Below, in pieces: positions 30,728-39,356 of a DNA stretch of 61,112 nucleotides. The stretch lies in IMG/VR virus record IMGVR_UViG_3300009514_000026, positions 1-61,112 of that record; one strand, written 5' to 3'. The first letter of the stretch is position 1; every line of letters starts with the position of its first letter. The translations under genes were made by a program, and so were the position numbers. The notes below the pieces were generated by a model. That model was not told where the DNA came from. It searched no databases and saw only the letters and a program-made list of their open reading frames with translations. The stretch is from a virus. Lineage: Duplodnaviria > Caudoviricetes.

Positions 30728-30835
30728 TGGTGGAGCAGGATGGGATTCGAACCCACAAACGCTGTGATCAGCAGCGCACCCCATAACGTGGGGCTGAACT
30801 CGTCACGACCTATGGCGGCCTTGTTCGGCTACTCC
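30728..30835 (-). ncRNA. 108-nt tRNA-like RNA with expanded body
   Basis: GGAGTAG/CTGCTCC-ACCA acceptor and canonical T arm enclosing three non-standard hairpins. Confidence 0.65.
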
Positions 30836-30916
30836 AATGTTTTTAACAATATGTTCACATAATTCAATAAAGCGTTCTTCGGATAAATCTTGTTTCATTT
30901 TTATGAATGTGGTCTT

Positions 30917-32023
30917 TTATTTTTCCTCGTCGCCGAAAACCCGGTTATATTGATTGTTTACCTTTATAAATGTAGTTCTTTTAGGAAGTTCTTTGAGCGA
31001 CTTACTTCCGGTATATGTGCAGGTACTTCTTAAACCTCCCAATATTTCTTTGATCGTGTTTTCAACGCTTCCACGATAAGGTACTAGAACTTCTTTACCT
31101 TCACTTGTGCGGTATTCAGCAACACCACCAGAATATTTGTTCATAGCAGCTTCCGAACTCATACCATGGAATTTCATATGCGTAGGTTTTATAAGTTCTG
31201 CGTCGGCGCTTGTCATATTAAGACCTTCTGGTATTTCTGGGTAAACATACTCACCGCCTCCTTCTTCGTGACCAGAAAAGAGTCCGCCCAACATTACAAA
31301 GTCTGCACCACCACCAAATGCTTTGGCAACATCACCTGGCATCGTACAACCACCGTCAGAAACTATATGCCCTTTAAGACCGTGTGCAGCATCTGCACAT
31401 TCAATAACAGCACTTAATTGTGGATAACCAACGCCTGTTTTCTTTCGTGTTGTACAAACACTACCAGAACCAATACCAATGCGAACAATGTCTGCACCAG
31501 AAATAAGTAATTGTTCAGTCATTTCGCCTGTTACAACCGTTCCTGCCATGATAACAATATCAGGGAATTCGTTTCGCATTTCTGAAACGAACTGCACGAA
31601 TTGTTCCGAATACCCATTAGCAACATCAATATTGATATATTTTATTTTCGGCAAGTCACCAAATGATGGCATCAATTCCGCGTAAACTTTTTTGAATTTT
31701 GTATAATCATGATCAAGGATGCCCATAGAATAAAAGTTAATGGCGTCTTGGTTTTCTTTAAAGAATTTAACCAACTCATTTACTTCATAGTGCTTATGAA
31801 GTGCAGTTGATAGACCATGTGCATTTAGCGCCTTTGCCATTTCAAATGTTCCAGTATGGCTCATATTTGAAGAAATAATTGGTATTCCTTTATAACCATA
31901 CTGTGAATGTAAAAAATTATATTCTTTTTCAAGCACCACATTCTTTCTTGAAATCAACGAAGAACGTTTTGGAATAATTAACAAATCTGAAAAATCGTAT
32001 TTGGTATCTTCTATAATTCTCAT
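30917..32023 (-). CDS. guaC: GMP reductase
   Basis: [44 protein letters not shown]. Confidence 0.92.
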   Translation of the reverse strand: MRIIEDTKYDFSDLLIIPKRSSLISRKNVVLEKEYNFLHSQYGYKGIPIISSNMSHTGTFEMAKALNAHGLSTALHKHYEVNELVKFFKENQDAINFYSMGILDHDYTKFKKVYAELMPSFGDLPKIKYINIDVANGYSEQFVQFVSEMRNEFPDIVIMAGTVVTGEMTEQLLISGADIVRIGIGSGSVCTTRKKTGVGYPQLSAVIECADAAHGLKGHIVSDGGCTMPGDVAKAFGGGADFVMLGGLFSGHEEGGGEYVYPEIPEGLNMTSADAELIKPTHMKFHGMSSEAAMNKYSGGVAEYRTSEGKEVLVPYRGSVENTIKEILGGLRSTCTYTGSKSLKELPKRTTFIKVNNQYNRVFGDEEK

Positions 32024-32044
32024 ATGGCTTCGCCTATTTTAATT

Positions 32045-32123
32045 TGGAACACAGGGTCGGATTCGAACCGACGAAATTTCGGGTTGCAACCGAACGCAAT
32101 AGGCCAAGCTCTGCCACCTGTGC
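32045..32123 (-). tRNA. tRNA-Cys(GCA)
   Basis: Loop TT-GCA-AC, U73-CCA. Confidence 0.88.
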
Positions 32124-32124
32124 A

Positions 32125-33150
32125 TTATTTCAGTTTGTTTACTTTTATGGGTTTGCCATGCAGCCAATGCGGGGTTGTCATTACATGATCTTTGCGCACA
32201 AACTTTCCAACTTTAAACCTAAATTGGCTCATGGGAAAAAAATCTGCTACGCGCATGACGTATCCCTCACAAGTATCATACATGGAACCATTCCATAAAT
32301 CAACAATAATTTTCTTGTCAAATATTCCATCATAAAGAATTGGAACATGGACTAGGTTAGGATGCAACATTTTGAACCATTCTAGTGTTTCATCCCATGA
32401 TAAACATTCATTTCTGTCATTCCAGATTGAGAAACCATAGAAGTAACTTAATAGTTCATCGTAGGGTATAGAATGTTCTGCGTACATGTTTTCACCACAC
32501 ACGCGCCAATCTTTTGGAATTTCATAATTAAACTGCGACCAGAAATTTTTAACCCAATCTCGACTAAGATGAGCACCACTATCCACAGATCGCGCATGGT
32601 TGTGATCGTTGTAAAAGGTTGTGTTTTCGCCGTCAAGTTTTTCGGTTACAATAACACGTTGACCAACAAAAGAATCAATGCTATCCATCATACGGTCATC
32701 GTCATTCATGCCTTCTGACCATGGCAAATGGTAAGTTCTTGGGTATTTAACATATCCCGTGAACAGATCCAGAACACCCCCCATACCAAGTATCTTTTGT
32801 ACACTTTTGTCAAAAAACAATTCACCTTTCAGACGTTGTGTATTTGGTAATACAATGTTACCCCACTTGTCGTAGATTTGATCGCCGTACAAATGTGGTG
32901 GAATGATTGGCTTTTCTATTCCAACTGCCTCGCGAACTTCTTCAACTGATATAGTTGTCATTTCACAAGCAAGGTGATGAAACTCGCAAAGGCTTGCACC
33001 ATTTGAAATGTAATAACCACCATCAGGCCATAAGCGCCTTTCTATAATGTGGTGTGCATCAACAGCAGGCTTATCACAAAAGACACAAGTATGATTATCG
33101 CGTTCAAAAACACCATTGTGAAAATTATCACGTGTTAATAACTTGTCCAT
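32125..33150 (-). CDS. HNH nuclease-like domain fused to RNA ligase (Rnl2-type)
   Basis: N-term CVFC...DAHH...NGASLC..HH; C-term KYPRT, TEKLDGEN, GEN, EGYV, KFVR. Confidence 0.85.
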   Translation of the reverse strand: MDKLLTRDNFHNGVFERDNHTCVFCDKPAVDAHHIIERRLWPDGGYYISNGASLCEFHHLACEMTTISVEEVREAVGIEKPIIPPHLYGDQIYDKWGNIVLPNTQRLKGELFFDKSVQKILGMGGVLDLFTGYVKYPRTYHLPWSEGMNDDDRMMDSIDSFVGQRVIVTEKLDGENTTFYNDHNHARSVDSGAHLSRDWVKNFWSQFNYEIPKDWRVCGENMYAEHSIPYDELLSYFYGFSIWNDRNECLSWDETLEWFKMLHPNLVHVPILYDGIFDKKIIVDLWNGSMYDTCEGYVMRVADFFPMSQFRFKVGKFVRKDHVMTTPHWLHGKPIKVNKLK

Positions 33151-33164
33151 CTTATCAGATTGCC

Positions 33165-34193
33165 TTATCTGTTTGTTAAGAATTGGCCGCAGGCGGCTTT
33201 GACTTCTGAACCAGCGGATATTTGTACTTTAACATGTGGATGTATTTTTATCAACCTTTTAATAATATCTTTAATTTGGTTACTTTCATGTATAAATGTT
33301 GATACTTCACATGTGTTATAACGAAGGATACGCAATTCGTAATTCTGTAAACCATGTCGTTCAATCAGATTAATCAACGCTGCAATTTCTTTGTCGGTAT
33401 CATTGAATCCGTCGATGAACATATGGTGGAAAATAACATTGTATTTGTTATTTTCAGAATATTCAATCAGTGTTCGAATAGCCATATCAATAGGCATTGC
33501 ATTAGGAATTAACTGATCGCGTGTTTCTTGTATCGCCGAATGCAACGAATAAAATAATCTGAAGCGACTTCTGTTCGGGTAAGTCATTTCAGTATTACTA
33601 AACTCACTATTGCGATGAACAAGCACATCATTGTGTGGGTTTAAAGGATACTTCTGTAAAACCTCTTCCAACGCTTTAAGATTGTTTAAAGCATCTTCAA
33701 TGTAATGGATATTTGGAATCACGGTTGAAAGGTCAACACCATCTAAACCTTTAGTAAGTCCATTAGTTATTGCATAATCAAGCATAAACTCTGTTGATTC
33801 TTTAACCCTGAGCGTATTAATAAATGCATCGCCCATTCCCATCCAACACAGTTTCATAAACTTATCACAAATCTGTGGAATATCACCACCAATAGACGCG
33901 AATACTCTTTTACCTATTGCTTCAATAAAGTTATCATGAAGTTTTGGTGTGTGAACACGCCTGTATTTCATGTCCTTTAATGTTAAATAGCAGAAGTTAC
34001 ATTTCATATAACAACCTACTGAATCGGAAATAAAAACACTATACTTATTTCTGTCAGTTTCGTTTAATTCAAAAGTACCATCTTCTGTTATGCAAGTATC
34101 ACAACTTGAAACCGTTTTAATTGCTGTTTCACTATTGTCATCATGAACAATCTTAGTGACGGTTTTGTCGTCTGAAATTAATAGTTTTTTCAT
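33165..34193 (-). CDS. RlmN/Cfr-like radical SAM RNA methyltransferase
   Basis: SVGCYMKCNFC, MGMGD, SLHSA, C-terminal AACGQF. Confidence 0.8.
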   Translation of the reverse strand: MKKLLISDDKTVTKIVHDDNSETAIKTVSSCDTCITEDGTFELNETDRNKYSVFISDSVGCYMKCNFCYLTLKDMKYRRVHTPKLHDNFIEAIGKRVFASIGGDIPQICDKFMKLCWMGMGDAFINTLRVKESTEFMLDYAITNGLTKGLDGVDLSTVIPNIHYIEDALNNLKALEEVLQKYPLNPHNDVLVHRNSEFSNTEMTYPNRSRFRLFYSLHSAIQETRDQLIPNAMPIDMAIRTLIEYSENNKYNVIFHHMFIDGFNDTDKEIAALINLIERHGLQNYELRILRYNTCEVSTFIHESNQIKDIIKRLIKIHPHVKVQISAGSEVKAACGQFLTNR

Positions 34194-34207
34194 AGCCTTC
34201 TCTTATT

Positions 34208-34286
34208 TGGTACCCACCCCCGGAGTCGAACCGGGAAAATCACTGAAGTTTGAATCCAGCCGCTTTGCCAAATTGCGTAGGTGGGC
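34208..34286 (-). tRNA. tRNA-Leu(CAA), short variable loop
   Basis: Loop TT-CAA-AC, CCA. Confidence 0.8.
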
Positions 34287-34314
34287 ATAATTGTAGAAAT
34301 TGGTTAGACTATAT

Positions 34315-34405
34315 AATACCGCTGCTCTGCCAGACTGAGCTACACCCCAAAAGAAAATTTTTGGTTGGGGCGGTAGGAATCGAACCCACGACACGCGGTT
34401 CCTGA
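34315..34405 (-). tRNA. Circularly permuted tRNA gene (3' half precedes 5' half); anticodon probably NAG
   Basis: 3' half 34405-34362 (ACCGC, T arm, CGCCCCA-ACCA), 12-nt linker, 5' half 34349-34315 (TGGGGTG, D arm, GCGGT); halves complementary. Confidence 0.75.
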
Positions 34406-34446
34406 TTTAATTAGAAGGAAGTCAGAAACCATAGCTACAATATATT

Positions 34447-34797
34447 TTAACGGTTCATTTTTGCTGCTGTCCATGTCGCATCTTCAAATAAGATAGACAT
34501 CATGTAAGCTACGCCAGCTTCTTTATCTTCGTGCTTGGGTTCCCATGAACCCATATGAGCTTTAACACATTTAAGAGCGGCATTAACATCAACACCTTCT
34601 TTAGGTGTAATATCGAGTTCTTCAAGACCACAGAAAAACATATCGGTGAATAGTTTGTTCCAAATAGAACCACCCCTGTAATCAAATTCTTCTGGAACTT
34701 CTGAACGTTTTGGTAGTAATTTGGTTGTACCAAAAACAAGTTCAGGATCTGAAATATCTTGATAGTTATTAAGAATGTTTTGTGTAATATTAGACAT
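34447..34797 (-). CDS. Hypothetical protein
   Basis: GAGGG SD; SWEPKHEDKEAGVAY motif. Confidence 0.6.
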   Translation of the reverse strand: MSNITQNILNNYQDISDPELVFGTTKLLPKRSEVPEEFDYRGGSIWNKLFTDMFFCGLEELDITPKEGVDVNAALKCVKAHMGSWEPKHEDKEAGVAYMMSILFEDATWTAAKMNR

Positions 34798-34867
34798 TGT
34801 TAATATTTCCCTCGATTGATTTGGGTTAACATTATTACACACGTTAACCCAAAAGTCAAGGAGATTT

Positions 34868-34954
34868 TGGTGCCGAGAGTGGGACTTGAACCCACACAAC
34901 GTTCCCGCCACTAGATTCTTAGTCTAGCATGTCTAGCAATTCCATCACCCCGGC
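34868..34954 (-). tRNA. tRNA-Leu(AAG)
   Basis: Leu-type body with variable arm; loop CT-AAG-AA. Confidence 0.85.
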
Positions 34955-34959
34955 ATATT

Positions 34960-35421
34960 TTATTCAATTGGTACGAATGTCCCATTCTTTTCAACCATTT
35001 TTTTGATAGTATTATACACGTAATCCAAAATTAGCATAGCCCTATCAGTACAATCTTTGTTCATTGTCATGTAAATTTCATCTGGTGTCAGATGCTTATT
35101 GCTGTAAACCCACATAATAATTGTTATTTGATATAATACTTCTTCTGTTCTTAACGGCGGATTAGCGCGCTTCTCTTTTTGGGATTTTTCAGCAGACCTG
35201 ATTACCCATTCAGTCATACCTCTAAATGGTACACCAGCATCTCGCTGTCTTGTCATCTTCCTTACTACTTCTCCATCCAAGGAACATTCTTTTATAATTC
35301 TGGCTTTTGATTCTTCATACTTTTTATCAATTGCTGTAAAGTCAATTTCCGCCGCAGTTGCACCTAATGTATATCCCATCATGAAAATTACTATTGTGAA
35401 TAATATTATTAAATGTTTCAT
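34960..35421 (-). CDS. Hypothetical secreted protein
   Basis: Signal peptide; TAAATA upstream. Confidence 0.55.
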   Translation of the reverse strand: MKHLIILFTIVIFMMGYTLGATAAEIDFTAIDKKYEESKARIIKECSLDGEVVRKMTRQRDAGVPFRGMTEWVIRSAEKSQKEKRANPPLRTEEVLYQITIIMWVYSNKHLTPDEIYMTMNKDCTDRAMLILDYVYNTIKKMVEKNGTFVPIE

Positions 35422-35483
35422 AATAGTATTTATTAATTTGGCTGATCTGGTATGTAATGACAGTTAACATGCGAATATTTCAG

Positions 35484-35570
35484 CGGAAGATGTGGGATTT
35501 GAACCCACGTGCCGTTTTAATGACCACCTCATTTCCAATGAGGGACGATTAGCCTCTCTGTCAATCTTCC
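35484..35570 (-). tRNA. tRNA-Ser(GGA)
   Basis: Loop TT-GGA-AA, long variable arm, G73, no encoded CCA. Confidence 0.85.
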
Positions 35571-35574
35571 AATA

Positions 35575-35648
35575 TGGCTGGCCTACCACGATTTGAACGT
35601 GGAGTACAGAAGTCAGAGTTCCGCGTGTTGCCATTACACTATAGGCCA
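35575..35648 (-). tRNA. tRNA-Gln(CTG)
   Basis: U1-A72, loop CT-CTG-AC, CCA. Confidence 0.85.
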
Positions 35649-35664
35649 ATTATTTATTTAATTT

Positions 35665-36414
35665 TTAATCCAAAAATCTATTTGTGTGATACGCACTTTC
35701 AATACGCTCTTTCGCTACATTAAAATACCTATCATCCAGTTCAATACCAATAAAAGTCCGTCCAGTATTTGCTGCCGCGACTCCTGTACTGCCACTGCCA
35801 CAAGTATTATCTAACACAGTATCGCCTGCATTAGTATATGTCAAGATAAGATATTCTAATAAGGCTACTGGTTTTTGTGTAGGATGTAAGCTACTTTTTT
35901 GTTTGTCTGTGGGGAACATTTGTACACTTCTTGGATATCTTAGTGTAGACCCACCACCACTGATTCCTTGCTTAGTTTTCCCATAAATTTCACCATCAGA
36001 CTGGTGTTTGGTATAACTATTCACTGGCTTGTGCCCAGTGGTCATTTGTGGATTATACGTCGGCAATTTGTCATAAAAGACCAATATATTTTCATGGGCT
36101 TTCATGGGCATCTTTTTGGCATTTAGGTGGCCAGTAGATGTCGTCTTTTCCCAAATCCATTCATAACGAAGCCATTTCAGGTTACTTGAACCTAAAACTT
36201 TATCAAATGGTGTTTGTGAAAATAAAAGAATAGCGCCAGCAGGTTTTGTAACCCTTTTATACTGTTTCCATAGTTCTTCAAGGCTTATTACAGAATCCCA
36301 TGCGCAATTGGTCGTGCCATACGGAAGATCGCAACATACCATATCGACAGAATTATCTGCGATTTTGTCCATTTCGGATAGGCAGTCACCATGTAATAGG
36401 ATTAAATTTTTCAT
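35665..36414 (-). CDS. DNA methyltransferase (N6A/N4C, beta class)
   Basis: DLPY, HPTQKP, LDNTCGSGST. Confidence 0.9.
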   Translation of the reverse strand: MKNLILLHGDCLSEMDKIADNSVDMVCCDLPYGTTNCAWDSVISLEELWKQYKRVTKPAGAILLFSQTPFDKVLGSSNLKWLRYEWIWEKTTSTGHLNAKKMPMKAHENILVFYDKLPTYNPQMTTGHKPVNSYTKHQSDGEIYGKTKQGISGGGSTLRYPRSVQMFPTDKQKSSLHPTQKPVALLEYLILTYTNAGDTVLDNTCGSGSTGVAAANTGRTFIGIELDDRYFNVAKERIESAYHTNRFLD

Positions 36415-36450
36415 CAAGAAAGCCTAACATAAAGCCGATGAAAAATCAAT

Positions 36451-36481
36451 AAAAAGGGTTACATTATTGTAACCCTTTTTT
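36451..36481 (-). terminator. Intrinsic terminator
   Basis: AAAAAGGGTTACA-TTAT-TGTAACCCTTTTT. Confidence 0.75.
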
Positions 36482-36491
36482 AAGACAGATA

Positions 36492-36725
36492 TTAAGCTAC
36501 AGTTGTGCCAGTGATTAAGTCGATCCAGTTTACACCGTTGCTAACTACAAGCGAACCTGCTGTTACAGGACTCCCAGCTGCGTTAACTGCGTCTGTTGCA
36601 AAGGCTACATGGCCTGTGTGTGAAGCAGCTGCTGGTAAAGTAGCAATTGTGTAATCTGCCACTGTAAGTGGTGCTGATTCGCCTCCATAGCGTGCGTCGC
36701 CGCGTGCATTGTTTAATAAAGCCAT
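36492..36725 (-). CDS. Small late virion protein (decoration-like)
   Basis: TATAAATA and AGGAG upstream; YTIATLPAA...SNGVNW. Confidence 0.6.
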   Translation of the reverse strand: MALLNNARGDARYGGESAPLTVADYTIATLPAAASHTGHVAFATDAVNAAGSPVTAGSLVVSNGVNWIDLITGTTVA

Positions 36726-36791
36726 TTTATTTCTCCTAAATAGTAATTACTGTATATATTTATAACATACAGCATTTTCTTCCATAAAAAT

Positions 36792-36883
36792 TGGCGGAAG
36801 GCAGAGGGCACGATCCCCAAACCATATTTCAGGTTCCACTTGTTTTCAAGACAAGGTGCCGACCAACTCGACAATTACCTTCC
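36792..36883 (-). tRNA. tRNA-Ser(TGA) with 8/4 fold
   Basis: 8-bp acceptor GGAAGGTA/TGCCTTCC, 4-bp T stem, 6-bp D stem, variable arm, G73-CCA. Confidence 0.75.
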
Positions 36884-36891
36884 AGTATTTC

Positions 36892-37287
36892 TTATTCCAT
36901 TCCCGCAAGCATTTTTTCAATGCGACGAAGATTGCCACGAATTCTATTCATATTCCCCATAACACGGCTTCTGTTTTTCGTGCGTGAAGGACTATCTGCT
37001 AATTTGTTTACTAAACCTAAACCACGTCGCGCAGCATCCATCTGTTTCATTACAGTGTCCATAGCATCCATAACTTCTTCCATGCTACCATCCGCTTCAA
37101 CACTACCTGGAGGTGGTACATCACTAGCAGGTGCACCACCGGCTAATCTGTCAGCAGCCATATCCATTGGTGCTTCAGTGATAATTTTCATTTGATCAAG
37201 AAGTTTGTTTACTTCTTCTGTAAGTGCATCAAATTCTGCTTCTAATTCAGCATCTGGTGTGATGCCCTTAACATGTTCTAGTAACAT
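36892..37287 (-). CDS. Hypothetical late protein
   Basis: TAAATA and GGAG upstream. Confidence 0.6.
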   Translation of the reverse strand: MLLEHVKGITPDAELEAEFDALTEEVNKLLDQMKIITEAPMDMAADRLAGGAPASDVPPPGSVEADGSMEEVMDAMDTVMKQMDAARRGLGLVNKLADSPSRTKNRSRVMGNMNRIRGNLRRIEKMLAGME

Positions 37288-37341
37288 TGTAAATTCTCCA
37301 TAAATTGCAATTTATTAAAGTATTTATTAATGTTAATTATT

Positions 37342-37416
37342 TGGCACCCTCGGCAGGACTCGAACCCGCACAATTTTCGTTCGAAGCGAAAGACTCTTCC
37401 ATTAAGCTACGAGGGC
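37342..37416 (-). tRNA. tRNA-Arg(TCG)
   Basis: Loop CT-TCG-AA, CCA. Confidence 0.85.
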
Positions 37417-37556
37417 ATAACAAGGCTATAAAAATATAATCTTTAACATAATTTTATTAAAAGCACATATTATTCGTTAAAAACAATATTTTGTATTTCA
37501 TAATCAGGATATGGATTGCCGACCATCGAAATTTGGGCTATATCAATTATAATACT

Positions 37557-37646
37557 TGGCGGAAGTGGTGGGATTCGAACCCACGGACCGCTTTCGCGGC
37601 CAACACCTTAGCAGGGTGCCCCAATCAGCCACTCTGGCACACTTCC
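37557..37646 (-). tRNA. tRNA-Ser(GCT)
   Basis: Loop CT-GCT-AA, variable arm, CCA. Confidence 0.9.
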
Positions 37647-37661
37647 AATATTTTTAATGTT

Positions 37662-37736
37662 TGGAGCGGATAGCGGGAATCGAACCCGCATCTGAACGTT
37701 GGCAACGTTCCATAATAACCGTTATACTATATCCGC
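37662..37736 (-). tRNA. tRNA-Gly(GCC)
   Basis: Loop TT-GCC-AA, U73-CCA. Confidence 0.9.
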
Positions 37737-37866
37737 ATTTTGCAACTTTAAAAATGCCATCTTTTTATCAATGACTTACCACCAGTTTTATTGCAGCGGG
37801 GACATTCAACAATTGGGGGATTACCTTTATTCTGTTAGTTACTTCATAAATCGTAAAAAACATATT

Positions 37867-38397
37867 TTAATAAAAGTCGCTACGCTTTAAACCGCGTCTT
37901 GCATATTCATCGCCTGAATCATATTCTGCTTGCGCAGCAGAGCTTATGCCTTGTGCTTCTTCTGAATCCATCCATGCTTCTTTTGTTGTCATATGTTTAC
38001 CTATCAATGCGAAAAATTCTTGAATAGCTTTCATGGCAATAGTTGGATTCATGTCTTCTTTGTTTATTATTTCCCATAGTTGGTCAAGTCTTGGTTCGAT
38101 GTTTTTGGGAACATATACATTAACGTTTTTGTCGAATGCAGCATTAAGTTCACCTATGACTTTTTCCGCTTCACGAAAGTCAGCATCGCGCTTTTTAGCA
38201 AGAACTTCTTTCATTACATATTCGGCGTCTTCGTAGCCACCTGCTGTTGAACCACCCAATTCTTCATAATTATTATGAAATTCTTCTTTTGCTGCTTCTT
38301 TACCAGAATCTATGGTACGTTGTTCGGCATCTGAAGGATAATATTCACCACGGTCTTCATCCCATGTGCCTTCATTTAAAATATCACTAACTTTCAT
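37867..38397 (-). CDS. Hypothetical late / internal head protein
   Basis: TAAATA, GGAGG, MKVSDILNE start. Confidence 0.6.
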   Translation of the reverse strand: MKVSDILNEGTWDEDRGEYYPSDAEQRTIDSGKEAAKEEFHNNYEELGGSTAGGYEDAEYVMKEVLAKKRDADFREAEKVIGELNAAFDKNVNVYVPKNIEPRLDQLWEIINKEDMNPTIAMKAIQEFFALIGKHMTTKEAWMDSEEAQGISSAAQAEYDSGDEYARRGLKRSDFY

Positions 38398-38415
38398 ATA
38401 AACCTCCAGAAGTAT

Positions 38416-38802
38416 TTAAGTATTTATTAGTGATTTGATTAATCTATATAAATCTTTATGTTTTCGTTTTAGTATTCTTAAAAGAAGAACATAAGAATAT
38501 GCTTCACTTCGTCTAATATTGGAAGAATCTCCATATCCATATCCTTCATATTGAATTGTAATTCTGATTTCGTTCCAAGATTTCACTATATTGGCTAATT
38601 GATTATGATAACCAAAAGTAGGTAAATTTTCAAGTTTTTTTAATGCTTTACCGAGTATTACTGCAATAGTGCTTCCATCAAGCATTCTGAAATCAAATGT
38701 TCCCATTATATCATTGTATTGAAGTTCATTATGCGGTACAGATGTCTGCAATCTGAACTTTACAGATTCTATTCTTACGTCTTTGATAAAGTCTTCTAAC
38801 AT
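38416..38802 (-). CDS. Hypothetical protein
   Basis: ORF downstream of tRNA-Leu. Confidence 0.45.
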   Translation of the reverse strand: MLEDFIKDVRIESVKFRLQTSVPHNELQYNDIMGTFDFRMLDGSTIAVILGKALKKLENLPTFGYHNQLANIVKSWNEIRITIQYEGYGYGDSSNIRRSEAYSYVLLLRILKRKHKDLYRLIKSLINT

Positions 38803-38815
38803 AAGAATATTTATT

Positions 38816-38893
38816 TGGTACTCTCGGTCGGATTCGAACCGACACATCAACTGGGTCTAAGCCAGCTCCCTCTGCCAATTGGGGTACGAGAGC
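38816..38893 (-). tRNA. tRNA-Leu(TAG), short variable loop
   Basis: Loop CT-TAG-AC, CCA. Confidence 0.85.
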
Positions 38894-38944
38894 ATTATTT
38901 GGAGCCTGCACGTGGATTCACACGCGGATCATCAGGCATAGATT

Positions 38945-39020
38945 TGGCGGACACAACGAGGATCGAACTCGTCGCTTCTTCCGTGACAGGGAAGCCCATT
39001 CACCAGCTTGGTCTGTGTCC
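38945..39020 (-). tRNA. tRNA-Asp(GTC)
   Basis: Loop CT-GTC-AC, G73-CCA. Confidence 0.85.
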
Positions 39021-39045
39021 AGATTTTTAACTAAAATATACATTA

Positions 39046-39236
39046 TTGAGCTGCAACTCTAGAATTGTGCCGCACATTTATCAGACCTACGAGTTGTGTA
39101 GGTCACCTGTTCTAAGACAGGCGGTTTGCAGCCACCGAAAACTCAAGTCAGACTGGACACCCCATCCAGCTTCGCCCACGGGTGATGGACTATGGTACTT
39201 ACTACCACTCAAGGCAGCAGTAATCACTACTTGAAG
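39046..39236 (-). ncRNA. Unassigned structured RNA with pseudoknots
   Basis: Several hairpins; loops GCUGCAA and CAACUC match the 3' tail GAGUUGCAGC. Confidence 0.55.
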
Positions 39237-39248
39237 AATTTTTGAAAT

Positions 39249-39326
39249 TGGTACCCCACCTCGGATTCGAACCGAGAACCACAAGATTTTAAATCTTGCC
39301 GCAGCTGCCAATTAGCGTAGCGGGGC
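39249..39326 (-). tRNA. tRNA-Leu(TAA), short variable loop
   Basis: Loop TT-TAA-AA, CCA. Confidence 0.85.
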
Positions 39327-39356
39327 AAAGCGACCAAGTTTCCTTGGTCGTAATAG

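Noticed and set aside
30728-30835. tmRNA
   Set aside because: Only 108 nt, no tag ORF, and the 3:70 pair is A-U rather than G-U.
34302-34313. 12-mer TATAGTCTAACC shared with 47157-47168 and resembling a group I intron S element
   Set aside because: A 12-nt match is expected by chance in 61 kb of AT-rich DNA, and there is no room for a group I core.
36792-36883. tRNA-Sec
   Set aside because: Anticodon is TGA (Ser), not TCA; fold is 8/4 rather than 8/5.
38900-38937. Hammerhead ribozyme (CUGAUGA present)
   Set aside because: No stem II-GAAA or stem III core around it.
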